The position numbers and the translations under genes were made by a program. The notes beneath the pieces were generated by a model, which worked only from the letters and a program-made list of their open reading frames with translations, ran no database searches and was not told the DNA's origin. A DNA stretch of 61,189 nucleotides, counting the filler, from Candidatus Hydrogenedentota bacterium (GTDB lineage Bacteria > JBFMHD01), in the NCBI GenBank assembly GCA_040752395.1. It is 5 parts of 5 records of this genome, joined end to end, with 100 filler letters (N's around TTAATTAATTAA, not from the genome) between each part and the next. Parts side by side here need not be neighbours in the genome. Positions count along the whole stretch, not along the records: positions 49,193 to 61,189 come from JBFMHD010000075.1; 4 more parts are not named here. One strand, written 5' to 3'. Every line of letters begins with the position of its first letter. The stretch's first letter is position 1. Shown in pieces: positions 49,647 to 58,998 of the stretch.

Positions 49647-49718
49647 TATTTGTAATTCATCAGAACCTAATTCAATTTCAGGTACATTTTGAAAATATCA
49701 CAGGGGATGAAATTAATT

Positions 49719-49969
49719 ATGACAATAACGAATGCAAAAGATGCAACGATAAGATCAAAAATACAAAATGTTGTTAAACAATTGGTAGAAAAATATAGTC
49801 CTCATAAAATAATATTATTTGGTTCAATGGCTGATAAAGCAGAGCAGCTATAGATTTTCGTTATCCTGGTGAGGTTGCTGACAAGAATGAAGCAGAAGAA
49901 TGTATAAGAATTGCTTGTTATATGAGAGATGAGATTAGAAGAGCCCTTTTACCCCAAAAAAGCCTTTAA
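49719..49969 (+). pseudogene. Internally deleted MNT-HEPN toxin-antitoxin pair
   Basis: MNT N-terminus (LVEKYSPHKIILFGSMA) joined out of frame to a HEPN C-terminus (AIDFRYPGE.ADKNEAEECIRIA). Confidence 0.7.
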
Positions 49970-49993
49970 GTTAAGTTTACATAATGCCGAAAA
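49967..49993 (+). promoter_or_regulatory. Candidate sigma-28 (FliA) promoter for flgI-flgJ
   Basis: TAAG-N15-GCCGAAAA vs consensus TAAA-N15-GCCGATAA, upstream of flagellar genes. Confidence 0.5.
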
Positions 49994-50044
49994 TATAATA
50001 AGAACCGACTCACATTTTTTCATAAGAGTTGATATGATATTCCT

Positions 50045-50092
50045 TACTTTTGCCTTTTAACTTTTTATAGGAGTTACAAAGTTTTTCAGAGG
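50045..50092 (+). repeat. Truncated repeat core at the flgI RBS
   Basis: GAGTTACAAAGTTTTTCAGAGG, 9 nt before ATG, preceded by TACTTTT/GCCTTTT/AACTTTT heptamers. Confidence 0.8.
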
Positions 50093-50101
50093 GTTTGTGA
50101 G

Positions 50102-51202
50102 ATGACAAGATTTAAAAGAATAATTTTGTTATTAATATTAATCCTGTTTTTTTCAAAAGCAGGTGCAGGACCGCTTGTGAGGATAAAGGACATATCGCGG
50201 TTTGATGGTGTACGTGATAACCAGCTCATAGGTTATGGTCTTGTTGTAGGTTTAGCAGGCACAGGTGATAGTGCCAAGAATTCATTTACTGTTTCTTCGA
50301 TAGTAAATATGTTAACGACGCTCGGGATACCTGTTGATAAGAACGTTCTTACGACTAAAAACATTGCTGCGGTTCTTGTTACCGCGACTTTACCACCATT
50401 TGCAAAAGAAGGCTCAAAAATAGATGTTATAGTATCAGCGATAGGAGATGCATCGAGTTTAAGAAATGGTACTCTTTTACAGACACCGCTTCGTGCGGCT
50501 AATCGCGAGATATATGCAGTAGCACAGGGACAGATATCATTAGGTGGGACAACAGGTATGGGTAGAGGCGGTGGTGGAACTACACACCCGACCGTGGCAC
50601 GGATACCTGAAGGCGCTATTATTGAAATGGGTTTACAAAACGATATTGTTAAGGAAGATGGTAATTTGAAACTTTTACTTTTAAGACCCGATTTTACAAC
50701 TTCATCGAGAATCGCATCTGCTATAAATCAGAATTTTAAAAATAATGTAGCTAAAGCTGTTGATGCAAATCAGATTGTAATTAGTATCCCGGATAAATAT
50801 AAACAGGATGTAATTACTTATGCCTCTATGATAGAAGAGCTACTTGTTGAACCTGATAATTATGCAAGAGTGGTTATAAATGAGAGAACAGGGACAGTGG
50901 TGATGGGCAATGATGTAAGGATAGACGCTGTGGCAATAACACATGGCGATTTAACTGTTACCGTGAGAAGAGAAGAAGAGATGGAATTACTTCCACAAAC
51001 TCAAACAGCTCAAACTGAGCGACGTGCCACAAGAAGAGAAGCAGAAAAAAAGGATTCAGTTGTTGTTTTACAATCAGGTGCTTCAATATCAGATTTAGTG
51101 AGAGCCTTGAATACAATAGGTGCTAAACCAAGGGATATTATAGCAATCCTTCAGGCAATCAAAGAAGCAGGTGCATTGAAAGCTGAACTGGTATTTATTT
51201 AG
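50102..51202 (+). CDS. flgI: Flagellar P-ring protein
   Basis: RIKDI..GVRDNQLIGYGLVVGLAGTGD, NIAAVLVTATLPPF, VVINERTGTVV. Confidence 0.96.
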   Translation: MTRFKRIILLLILILFFSKAGAGPLVRIKDISRFDGVRDNQLIGYGLVVGLAGTGDSAKNSFTVSSIVNMLTTLGIPVDKNVLTTKNIAAVLVTATLPPFAKEGSKIDVIVSAIGDASSLRNGTLLQTPLRAANREIYAVAQGQISLGGTTGMGRGGGGTTHPTVARIPEGAIIEMGLQNDIVKEDGNLKLLLLRPDFTTSSRIASAINQNFKNNVAKAVDANQIVISIPDKYKQDVITYASMIEELLVEPDNYARVVINERTGTVVMGNDVRIDAVAITHGDLTVTVRREEEMELLPQTQTAQTERRATRREAEKKDSVVVLQSGASISDLVRALNTIGAKPRDIIAILQAIKEAGALKAELVFI

Positions 51203-51226
51203 AAGCAAGAGCCGGGCTAAGATTTT

Positions 51227-51643
51227 ATGATTGAGAAATCTTTGTTGAATCTCAAGGAAGCTGAACTTAATAATATAAAGGATAAATATTTATCTTTACA
51301 GAAGAGAAGAGGCGAGAGGTTTGAGATAACAAACAAACCTGATGCAGAAAAGAATGTATACAAAGCTCCCTCTGATGTGCAAAAAAAATTAAAACAGGTC
51401 TCCTGTGATTTAGTATCTTTTCTTGTTCATCAGATGGTAAAAGAGATGCGTAAAACTTTAGATAAAGAAGATGATATGTTTTATGCAGGGTTCACAGAAG
51501 ATGTTTTTACTGATATGCTTGATTATGAATATTCTAAATCCCTGGTTAAAAATACAAGAATGAGCATAGTTGACAAAATATACGAACAATTATCAAGACA
51601 TATAAATCCTGGGAACAACAACCAGATTGATATAAATAGATGA
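51227..51643 (+). CDS. flgJ: FlgJ-like rod-binding protein (no muramidase domain)
   Basis: KLKQV..L...MVKEMRKTL, EDVFTDMLD.EY, IYEQLS; follows flgI. Confidence 0.75.
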   Translation: MIEKSLLNLKEAELNNIKDKYLSLQKRRGERFEITNKPDAEKNVYKAPSDVQKKLKQVSCDLVSFLVHQMVKEMRKTLDKEDDMFYAGFTEDVFTDMLDYEYSKSLVKNTRMSIVDKIYEQLSRHINPGNNNQIDINR

Positions 51644-51801
51644 TGAAATGAGACATGGAGGATTTTTAAAATATATAAAACAATAAAGCCCTATTTTATC
51701 TATTTTAGGTTTGAATATCTTAAAAATTAATACAAAAAAATTATAAAAAAATAAATTTAAAACTTGACAAAAAAACAAATTAAATATTAGTAAAGCCTTT
51801 A

Positions 51802-51900
51802 ACTCATATAATCTTGGTAATTGGTCCAGGAGTCTCTACAAAGAGGCCGTATAACCTCTTTACCACCACACCAATTAGTGTGGTGGTGGTAACTATGAGT
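51802..51900 (+). ncRNA. Purine (guanine-type, C74) riboswitch aptamer with an inserted 30-nt hairpin
   Basis: P1 ACTCATA/TATGAGT, UAA junction, P2 TCTTGG/CCAGGA with L2 GG, J2/3 GTCTCTAC, P3 AAAGAGG/CCTCTTT with L3 CCGTATAA; upstream of the pur operon. Confidence 0.88.
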
Positions 51901-51921
51901 AAATAGACAAATGCTCAATTA

Positions 51922-51995
51922 GACCTTTTAAGGGGGTCGGGCGAGATCTATTTTACGGTTAGAATGGCTTCCATGGATCTCGACCGACCTTTTTT
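51922..51995 (+). terminator. Probable riboswitch expression platform (terminator with a competing helix)
   Basis: GGGGTCGG-G-CGAGATCTA pairs with TGGATCTCG-A-CCGACCTT followed by a T-run; its 5' arm can instead pair with upstream GACCTTTT. Confidence 0.55.
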
Positions 51996-52055
51996 GTCTT
52001 TAAAGGTAAAGAGAACCGTCGTAAAAAACACTACTGACCAATTATTAATAATATA

Positions 52056-52222
52056 AAGACAGAAGACATTAGGGTTCAGGAGTTGAGGAGTTGAAGAGTT
52101 ACGAATCTTTAAACACTTTAACTCTTGAACTCCTGAACTTATCAACTTTATGTTTGTTTATCTTGCTTCTTGCCTCTTGCTTCTACTTGATATTATTATA
52201 GTTACAAAGTTTTTCAGAGGAG
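52056..52222 (+). repeat. Modular intergenic repeat; core 52187-52222 ends in the purC RBS
   Basis: GGAGTTGA 8-mer array and its inverse, ATGTTTGTTTATC, (TTGCTTC)n, core; ATG 7 nt later. Confidence 0.92.
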
Positions 52223-52229
52223 GTAATAT

Positions 52230-52940
52230 ATGGCTTTATTGTACGAGGGCAAAGCAAAGAGGATGCACACAACCACTGACCCGGAACAGCTTATTATGGA
52301 GTTCAAAGATTCAGCTACAGCGTTTAATGGCAAGAAGAAAGCTGAATTAAAAAACAAGGGTAAAATCAATAAAAAACTGACGTTATATTTTTTTGAGATG
52401 CTTGAAGACCACGGCATACCAACACATCTTATCAGAGATTTAAGTGAGAATGAAATACTTGTAAAACGTGTTAGCATTATACCGGTTGAGCTTATTGTTC
52501 GCAACATAGTTGCTGGTAGTCTTTCTAAACGTTCAGGGCTACCCGAAGGGACTGCGCTTGATTTTCCAGTTATTGAATATTATTATAAAAGCGATGAGTT
52601 AGGAGACCCTATGATTAATAGTGACCATATATTGGTTTTAAATTTAGCAACAGAAGAAGAGTTGCAGATAATGAGAAGTATGGCTTTAAAAATTAATGAG
52701 ATCCTTTCTTTATTTTTTGATAAAGCAGGTATATTACTTGTTGATTTTAAACTTGAGTTTGGTAAGACTTCGCTTAATGAGATAGTTTTAGCTGATGAGA
52801 TATCACCTGATACCTGTAGGTTCTGGGATAAAGAAACAGGTAAAAAACTTGATAAAGACAGGTTCAGACGAGATTTAGGCGATGTGATAGAGAGTTATAT
52901 GGAGGTTTTAGGGAGAGTAGAAAATGCATTGTGTTGTTGA
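52230..52940 (+). CDS. purC: SAICAR synthetase
   Basis: LYEGKAK, VELIVRN, LVDFKLEFG, ADEISPDTCRFWD. Confidence 0.96.
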   Translation: MALLYEGKAKRMHTTTDPEQLIMEFKDSATAFNGKKKAELKNKGKINKKLTLYFFEMLEDHGIPTHLIRDLSENEILVKRVSIIPVELIVRNIVAGSLSKRSGLPEGTALDFPVIEYYYKSDELGDPMINSDHILVLNLATEEELQIMRSMALKINEILSLFFDKAGILLVDFKLEFGKTSLNEIVLADEISPDTCRFWDKETGKKLDKDRFRRDLGDVIESYMEVLGRVENALCC

Positions 52941-53403
52941 AATTATTAATAGATTCTCATCCCCTAAAGATTTACAAGAGATAATCTATGATAGAACCGT
53001 TACAGGTTATTCGTATGCAAAGACTAAGGTATATGTAATAGAATATGAAGGTGAGGAGAGTTTAATAAAGAAGTTTGTTGAAATGGTATTTGCTGATAAG
53101 GTTGTAGATAATAAAGAGTATAATGGCAAGCCTTTTTATTCCGATGCTATTTACATTATAGATGTTGAATTAAAACCAGGGGTTCTTGATTTAGAAAAAG
53201 AATATGCTTTTAGATATAAGGACATTTTATCAAACGAGGGGCTGGTTATAAAAGATTTGAAAATTTCACAAAGGTATTATCTTTTTGGTAAACACAGTGA
53301 AAGGGTAAAAGAGGTGTTTATAAAATCAGGTCCGATTAATTCTGTGATACATAGTTATAAAGAAGTAAGAAGTATCAGAAAAAAGAAGCAAGAAGCAAGA
53401 TAA
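52924..53403 (+). CDS. PurS-like (tandem) FGAM synthetase accessory protein
   Basis: Lies between purC and purL; VELKPGVLD, NSVIH motifs resemble PurS / the PurL N-terminal domain. Confidence 0.6.
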   Translation: MHCVVEIINRFSSPKDLQEIIYDRTVTGYSYAKTKVYVIEYEGEESLIKKFVEMVFADKVVDNKEYNGKPFYSDAIYIIDVELKPGVLDLEKEYAFRYKDILSNEGLVIKDLKISQRYYLFGKHSERVKEVFIKSGPINSVIHSYKEVRSIRKKKQEAR

Positions 53404-53520
53404 CGGAAAGGAAAGAAAAGGTAAAGGTTGAGGTTGATATTATTAGAGTTACAAAGTTTTTCAAAGGGGGGCAGATAAATTTGCAATTTGCAATTTATAA
53501 TGGAGCGAAGCGACAAGAAG
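53365..53520 (+). repeat. Modular intergenic repeat before purL (inverted heptamer module, core 53434-53469, TTGCAAT array)
   Basis: AAGCAAGAAGCAAGATAACGGAA (reverse module), TTGATATTATTAGAGTTACAAAGTTTTTCAAAGG, (TTGCAAT)2-GGAGCGAAGCGAC. Confidence 0.88.
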
Positions 53521-53522
53521 AG

Positions 53523-55913
53523 ATGGATAGCGAACTAATTCCGATACTTGAGATGACTGATAGCGAGCTTGGGGAGCTATTTTTTAAGAGGAAACTATCT
53601 TTATCTAAATTTGATCTACGTGTAATCAAGGATTATTTCAGAGAGATAAAGAGAAATCCGACCGAACTTGAGATAGAGGTCATAGCGCAGACATGGAGTG
53701 AACATTGTAAACATCGGATCTTCAATGGAAGAATTTTACATAATGAAAATAATAAGATGAAGGTTATAGATGGTATTTTTAAAACTTATATAAAGGGGGT
53801 AACAGAAAAGATAATAAAAGAGCGAGATGGTTTTGTTTTATGTGCATTCGAGGATAATGCAGGATTTATAAAACTTGATGATGAGTTATCTGTCTGTTTC
53901 AAAGTAGAGACTCACAATCATCCCTCAGCGATAGAGCCATACGCAGGTGCGAATACCGGTATAGGTGGTGTTATAAGAGACATTCTTGGTGCTGGACGTG
54001 GTGCAAAACCCGGCGCCTGTATAGATGTTTTTTGTTTCGGACCACCTGATTGTGATATCGCAAATATAGAAGAAGGTGTAATACATCCACAAAGCATATT
54101 AAGGGGTGTAGTAAAAGGTGTAAGAGATTATGGTAATCGTATGGGCATACCTACTCTATGTGGCGCGATACATTTTAATAAGGTCTATACCTATAACCCA
54201 CTTGTTTATTGTGGTAGTGCAGGCATTATACCTATAAAGGATATCAAGAAAGAAGTTTATAAGGGTTTGAGTATAGTTCTTGTTGGTGGGAAAACAGGCA
54301 GAGATGGTTTACGGGGGGCTACTTTCTCATCTGCTTCACTTAGAGAAGATAGCAGAACTGAAGACATAGTTGCAGTCCAGATAGGAAACCCGATAGAAGA
54401 AAAGAAGATACTTGACTTTGTATTAAAAGCCAGGGAAAAAGGATTGATAGAATATATAACTGATTGTGGTGGTGGTGGTTTATCAAGTGCTTGTGGGGAA
54501 ATGTTAAAAACTACTGGTGGTAAGATATATCTTGAGAAGGTTCCGCTGAAAGAGCCGGGTATGAAATCCTGGGAAATATTTTTATCAGAGAGTCAGGAAC
54601 GTATGGTTCTGGCAGTGAAAGATGAAAATTTAAAAGAATTATCTTATCTTACTACAATATACGATATTGATTGCACAGAGATAGGTGAGATAACAGATAC
54701 CAAAAGACTCGAGGTATATTATTTTAATAATAAAGTCTGCGATTTAGAGTCTGAGTTCCTGCATAATCCACCTTATAAAGTTTTAGTATCACATTATAGA
54801 GACAATAATCTGAAAGCAGAGATTACTTCAAATTATAACGAAAATGAAATCTCTAATTTATTTAAACGTGTTCTTGCTGATATAAATATCGTCTCAAGGG
54901 AACCTGTTATTCGGGAATACGATTTCGAAGTACAGGGTAATACAGTTGTAAAACCTTTAATCGGCGGTCTTGGTGATATGCCACAGGATGGCGTTGCCAT
55001 ACGGGTTGATGGTAGTAAGAAGTATATAGGTTTAGGATGCTCGATTTTACCCTCGTATGCTTTAATCGACCCATATAATATGGGTTTATCCACACTTGAC
55101 GAAGCGGTTCGACAGATAATAGTTACGGGTGTTAATCCTGAAAAGATTGCGTTACTTGATAATTTCTGTATAGGTAATCCGGATGATTCTTATGAACTTG
55201 GCAGATTAGTAAAATGTGCCGAGGCGATATCTTATGTTGCATTATGTTATAAGACGCCGTTTATCTCAGGCAAAGATTCATTCTACAACTATTATATCTC
55301 AGAGAATGGTATACAATCGATACCTGTAAGTCTTTTGATAAGCTCTATTGGGATAATTGATGATAAATCAGATATTACAACGAGTAATATAAAGAGCGGT
55401 AATTCTCTTTTATGTATTGTTGGTTATACCAAAAAAGAGTTAGGTGGCAGTATATATTATAAGATTTTAGATATTAATGGTGGTCGGGTGCCAGGATTAG
55501 ACCCGCAACTCGCTTTAAAAATTTATCAGCAGTTTTATAAATGTATTAAAGACAGATTAATTCTTGCAAGCCATGATGTTTCAGAGGGTGGCGTTATTGT
55601 GGCATTAACCGAGATGGGTTTTGGAATAAATTGTGGGATTGAGATAGATGTTGATAGGATAATCAAAGAAGAGGATATGAGTATATCAGAACTATTATTT
55701 TCAGAATCGAATTCGAGGATAGTTTTTGAGATAGAAGAATCAAATCTTTTTAAGATAAAAGAGCATTTTAAAGATTTACCGTTTACGGTTATAGGCAAAA
55801 GTGTTAATAATCACAGAAAAATTATAATTAAAAATAAGAACAATATTGTAGTTGAAGAAAGTTTAGAGGAGCTTAAGAATATATGGAAGAAAGGGTTAGA
55901 AGTTTACTATTAA
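53523..55913 (+). CDS. purL: FGAM synthetase subunit PurL
   Basis: QTWSEHCKH, KVETHNHPSAIEP, DCGGGGLS, LSESQERM, ISGKDS; ATG 53523 preferred because the TTG at 53481 lies in repeat DNA. Confidence 0.95.
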   Translation: MDSELIPILEMTDSELGELFFKRKLSLSKFDLRVIKDYFREIKRNPTELEIEVIAQTWSEHCKHRIFNGRILHNENNKMKVIDGIFKTYIKGVTEKIIKERDGFVLCAFEDNAGFIKLDDELSVCFKVETHNHPSAIEPYAGANTGIGGVIRDILGAGRGAKPGACIDVFCFGPPDCDIANIEEGVIHPQSILRGVVKGVRDYGNRMGIPTLCGAIHFNKVYTYNPLVYCGSAGIIPIKDIKKEVYKGLSIVLVGGKTGRDGLRGATFSSASLREDSRTEDIVAVQIGNPIEEKKILDFVLKAREKGLIEYITDCGGGGLSSACGEMLKTTGGKIYLEKVPLKEPGMKSWEIFLSESQERMVLAVKDENLKELSYLTTIYDIDCTEIGEITDTKRLEVYYFNNKVCDLESEFLHNPPYKVLVSHYRDNNLKAEITSNYNENEISNLFKRVLADINIVSREPVIREYDFEVQGNTVVKPLIGGLGDMPQDGVAIRVDGSKKYIGLGCSILPSYALIDPYNMGLSTLDEAVRQIIVTGVNPEKIALLDNFCIGNPDDSYELGRLVKCAEAISYVALCYKTPFISGKDSFYNYYISENGIQSIPVSLLISSIGIIDDKSDITTSNIKSGNSLLCIVGYTKKELGGSIYYKILDINGGRVPGLDPQLALKIYQQFYKCIKDRLILASHDVSEGGVIVALTEMGFGINCGIEIDVDRIIKEEDMSISELLFSESNSRIVFEIEESNLFKIKEHFKDLPFTVIGKSVNNHRKIIIKNKNNIVVEESLEELKNIWKKGLEVYY

Positions 55914-56614
55914 AATTCCCGGGCACTAATTGTGACAGCGAGACTGATAGAGCATTAAGAACAGCCGGGTTTGATAATGATATCATCCCTATTAATTTAC
56001 TTAACAGAGATATGATTTTTGAATATTCGATGGTGGTTATACCCGGAGGCTTTAGTTATGGCGATTATATTAGGGCTGGCAGGCTTGCTCAACTTGAGCT
56101 TGGCTTAAAGATAGGTGATGCGTTGTTTGAGTTTAAAGAAAAGGGTGGCTTGATACTTGGGATTTGTAATGGTTTTCAGATATTATTGCAGCTTGCTCTT
56201 TTGCCGCAAGCTAGTCTTACGACGAACATCTCTGGAAGATTTATCTGTAAATGGGTAAAATTAAAAATTATAAATAGAAAAACACCGTTTTTATATCTTT
56301 TACCTTGGAAGTTTGAACTACCTGTTGCTCATATTGAGGGCAGATTTGTGACAAGTGAGAATAAAGCAAATGAATACGTTGATTCTGGGTTAGCTTCGCT
56401 TGTATATGAAGAAAATATAAACGGCTCAGAATGTGGAATAGCAGGCTTGAATGATGAGACAGGCCGGGTATTTGGTTTGATGCCGCATCCTGAACGATTT
56501 TTATTTTATGATGATTATTACAATATTGATAAAAGTAGTAATGAGAGGTATGGTAGTGGTTATATATTTTTTAGGTCTGTGTATGAATATCTGAAAGTAG
56601 GGGGTAAAATGTAG
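55883..56614 (+). CDS. purQ: FGAM synthetase glutaminase subunit
   Basis: FPGTNCD, PGGFSYGD, GICNGFQ, MPHPER. Confidence 0.96.
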   Translation: MEERVRSLLLKFPGTNCDSETDRALRTAGFDNDIIPINLLNRDMIFEYSMVVIPGGFSYGDYIRAGRLAQLELGLKIGDALFEFKEKGGLILGICNGFQILLQLALLPQASLTTNISGRFICKWVKLKIINRKTPFLYLLPWKFELPVAHIEGRFVTSENKANEYVDSGLASLVYEENINGSECGIAGLNDETGRVFGLMPHPERFLFYDDYYNIDKSSNERYGSGYIFFRSVYEYLKVGGKM

Positions 56615-58006
56615 ATGGAGCTTAAGGACAAATGCGGGCTATTTGGGGTATATAACAGTCCGACCGCTTCGAAAGACATATATTTAGGCCTTTATGCACA
56701 GCAGCACAGAGGCCAGGAAAGCGCTGGAATGGTTGTCTGTTCAGAGGATGGGTCATTCAATGTTCATAAAGGAATCGGGCTTGTTACAAATGTCTTTAAT
56801 GAATCCACAATAGAGAAACTTAAAGGTGGATTTGGTATAGGACATGTTAGATATTCTACATCAGGCGATACAGACATAAAAAACATACAGCCTATTGTTG
56901 TTAGCTACAGAAACAATGTATTGGGACTTGCACATAACGGGAACCTTATCAACGCATTAAGGTTAAGGGAAGAACTTGAGGATAAAGGCTCGATATTTAC
57001 AACCACAAGTGATACAGAGGTAATGCTTCATAAAATTGTAAAATCACAAAAAGTAAAGCCAGTGGATAAAATAGTTGAGGGTCTCTATGGTGTAGAGGGT
57101 GCATTTTCTATCCTACTTTTATTTGAGATGGGGATAGCTGCTGTAAGAGACCCGTGGGGTTTCAGACCTTTATTTTTCGGGAAACGGGATGATTCATTTT
57201 ATTTTGCCTCTGAAACCTGCGCATTTGATTTACTCGGTGTCAATGATTATAGAGAAGTTGAGCCAGGCGAGGGTTATTACATATCAGAGAAAAGGATTGA
57301 GAAATTCAGGCTTTTATCTTTTGCGAGACGATGTTTATGCATTTTCGAGCTTATATATTTTTCAAGACCTGATAGTACTTATAAAGGTTCATCGATACAT
57401 AATTATAGACTCAAATTAGGGATGCAGCTTTATAAAGACCAGAAAGCAGAAGCTGATATGGTTATAAGTGTACCTGATTCCTCCAATTCCGCAGCGCTTG
57501 GTTATTCTTTAGCATCAGGGATACCATTTAATATAGTAATGATAAGGAGCCATTATACAGGCAGGACATTTATAGCACCTTATCAGAGTATCCGGGATTT
57601 TAAAGTAAAGAAAAAGTTTAATATTATAAAAGACGTTGTAAAAGATAAGCGAGTTGTTGTTGTAGATGACTCGATCGTTCGTGGTACCACTGCAAAAAAG
57701 ATTGTGAAATTAATAAGAGAGAGCGGCGCAAAAGAGATACATTTAAGAATAGCATCGCCTATGATTAGATACCCCTGTTATTTTGGTATCGATATGCCTG
57801 ATTTTAATGAACTTTTTGTAAATAAAATACCATCAGATAAATTTAATGGCTACATCGGCGCTGATTCAATCGGTTATCTGAAATTAGAGAGTTTGCAGAG
57901 CATATTTGGTAATAAATTTTGCAAAGCTTGTTTTGATGGTCAGTATCCGATGGAGATAAAAAATATCGAAGATACACTTATTAAAAAGACAAAGCAAGGT
58001 AGATGA
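56615..58006 (+). CDS. purF: Amidophosphoribosyltransferase
   Basis: Propeptide then CGLFG, QHRGQES, GHVRYST, VVDDSIVRGTT, Fe-S cysteines. Confidence 0.96.
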   Translation: MELKDKCGLFGVYNSPTASKDIYLGLYAQQHRGQESAGMVVCSEDGSFNVHKGIGLVTNVFNESTIEKLKGGFGIGHVRYSTSGDTDIKNIQPIVVSYRNNVLGLAHNGNLINALRLREELEDKGSIFTTTSDTEVMLHKIVKSQKVKPVDKIVEGLYGVEGAFSILLLFEMGIAAVRDPWGFRPLFFGKRDDSFYFASETCAFDLLGVNDYREVEPGEGYYISEKRIEKFRLLSFARRCLCIFELIYFSRPDSTYKGSSIHNYRLKLGMQLYKDQKAEADMVISVPDSSNSAALGYSLASGIPFNIVMIRSHYTGRTFIAPYQSIRDFKVKKKFNIIKDVVKDKRVVVVDDSIVRGTTAKKIVKLIRESGAKEIHLRIASPMIRYPCYFGIDMPDFNELFVNKIPSDKFNGYIGADSIGYLKLESLQSIFGNKFCKACFDGQYPMEIKNIEDTLIKKTKQGR

Positions 58007-58998
58007 GGGACAGGATGTTTACTTATAAACAGGCAGGCGTAAACATAGATACAGCTGAGAAAATCGTGGGAGAGATAGCTGTGCTCCAAAAAAAAACAGA
58101 AATAACTAAAAAATTGTTAAATAAGTTTGGTTTTTTTTCTAGCTGCTATGTTTTAAAAGGATATAAAAACCCTGTGATGGTGGCAACCTGTGATGGTGTC
58201 GGAACCAAACTTAAATTGCTAAAAGATTATGATTTGATAGAAACAGCTGGTTGGGACGTCGTTGCTATGAATATCAATGACATCCTTACAACAGGTGCGA
58301 TGCCTTTAATGTTTTTAGATTATATAGGGATGAATAAGATTGATAGTGTATTAATAAAGAGGTTGATTAAAGGCATTACATCTGCTTGTGTTGAGAGTGA
58401 ATGTATTCTGGCTGGTGGCGAAACAGCTGAAATGCCAGGACTTGTTAAACCAGATTCTTTTGAATTGGCTGGTTTTTGCGTTGGAGTTTGTGAAAAGGAT
58501 GAATTAGTAAAACCTGAAACTATAATAGAAGGTGATATAGCTTTAGGATTTAAATCAAATGGTTTTCATTCAAATGGGTTCAGTTTAATTAGAAAGATAT
58601 TAGAAGAGAGAAAAAAAGACTTTAATATAAAAGAGATAAAAAATTTACTTAACAGAACTAAAATTTATTATAAGGAGATAAAAAGGTTAAAAGAGCTAAA
58701 AGTAATGATTAAAGGGATAGCTCATATTACAGGTGGCGGCATCCCGCGTAACTTATCCAGGATTATTAATAAAGGTTTGGGGGTTAGAATAAAATTACCC
58801 AGGATACAATGCGAGAGTATCATAAAAATATTGAAATATGTTGATAAAAGAGAGGCTATAAATGTTTTTAATATGGGGATCGGATTAATTATTATCTGCG
58901 ATAAAAAATATTATGATAAAATTGTAGAGAATTTCAAAGAGATTTATTTTCTTTCCGAGGTGGAAAAATCAGATATTACTTGCAGGGTATTTATATGA
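58003..58998 (+). CDS. purM: AIR synthetase
   Basis: YKQAGVNI, DGVGTK, GGETAEMPG, GFHSNG, HITGGG. Confidence 0.95.
   Translation: MRDRMFTYKQAGVNIDTAEKIVGEIAVLQKKTEITKKLLNKFGFFSSCYVLKGYKNPVMVATCDGVGTKLKLLKDYDLIETAGWDVVAMNINDILTTGAMPLMFLDYIGMNKIDSVLIKRLIKGITSACVESECILAGGETAEMPGLVKPDSFELAGFCVGVCEKDELVKPETIIEGDIALGFKSNGFHSNGFSLIRKILEERKKDFNIKEIKNLLNRTKIYYKEIKRLKELKVMIKGIAHITGGGIPRNLSRIINKGLGVRIKLPRIQCESIIKILKYVDKREAINVFNMGIGLIIICDKKYYDKIVENFKEIYFLSEVEKSDITCRVFI

Noticed and set aside
52187-52222. Core as a purine-regulon operator
   Set aside because: It also precedes ilvE, kdsC, flgI, a DGC and others, occurs antisense to clpX, and travels with long shared modules.
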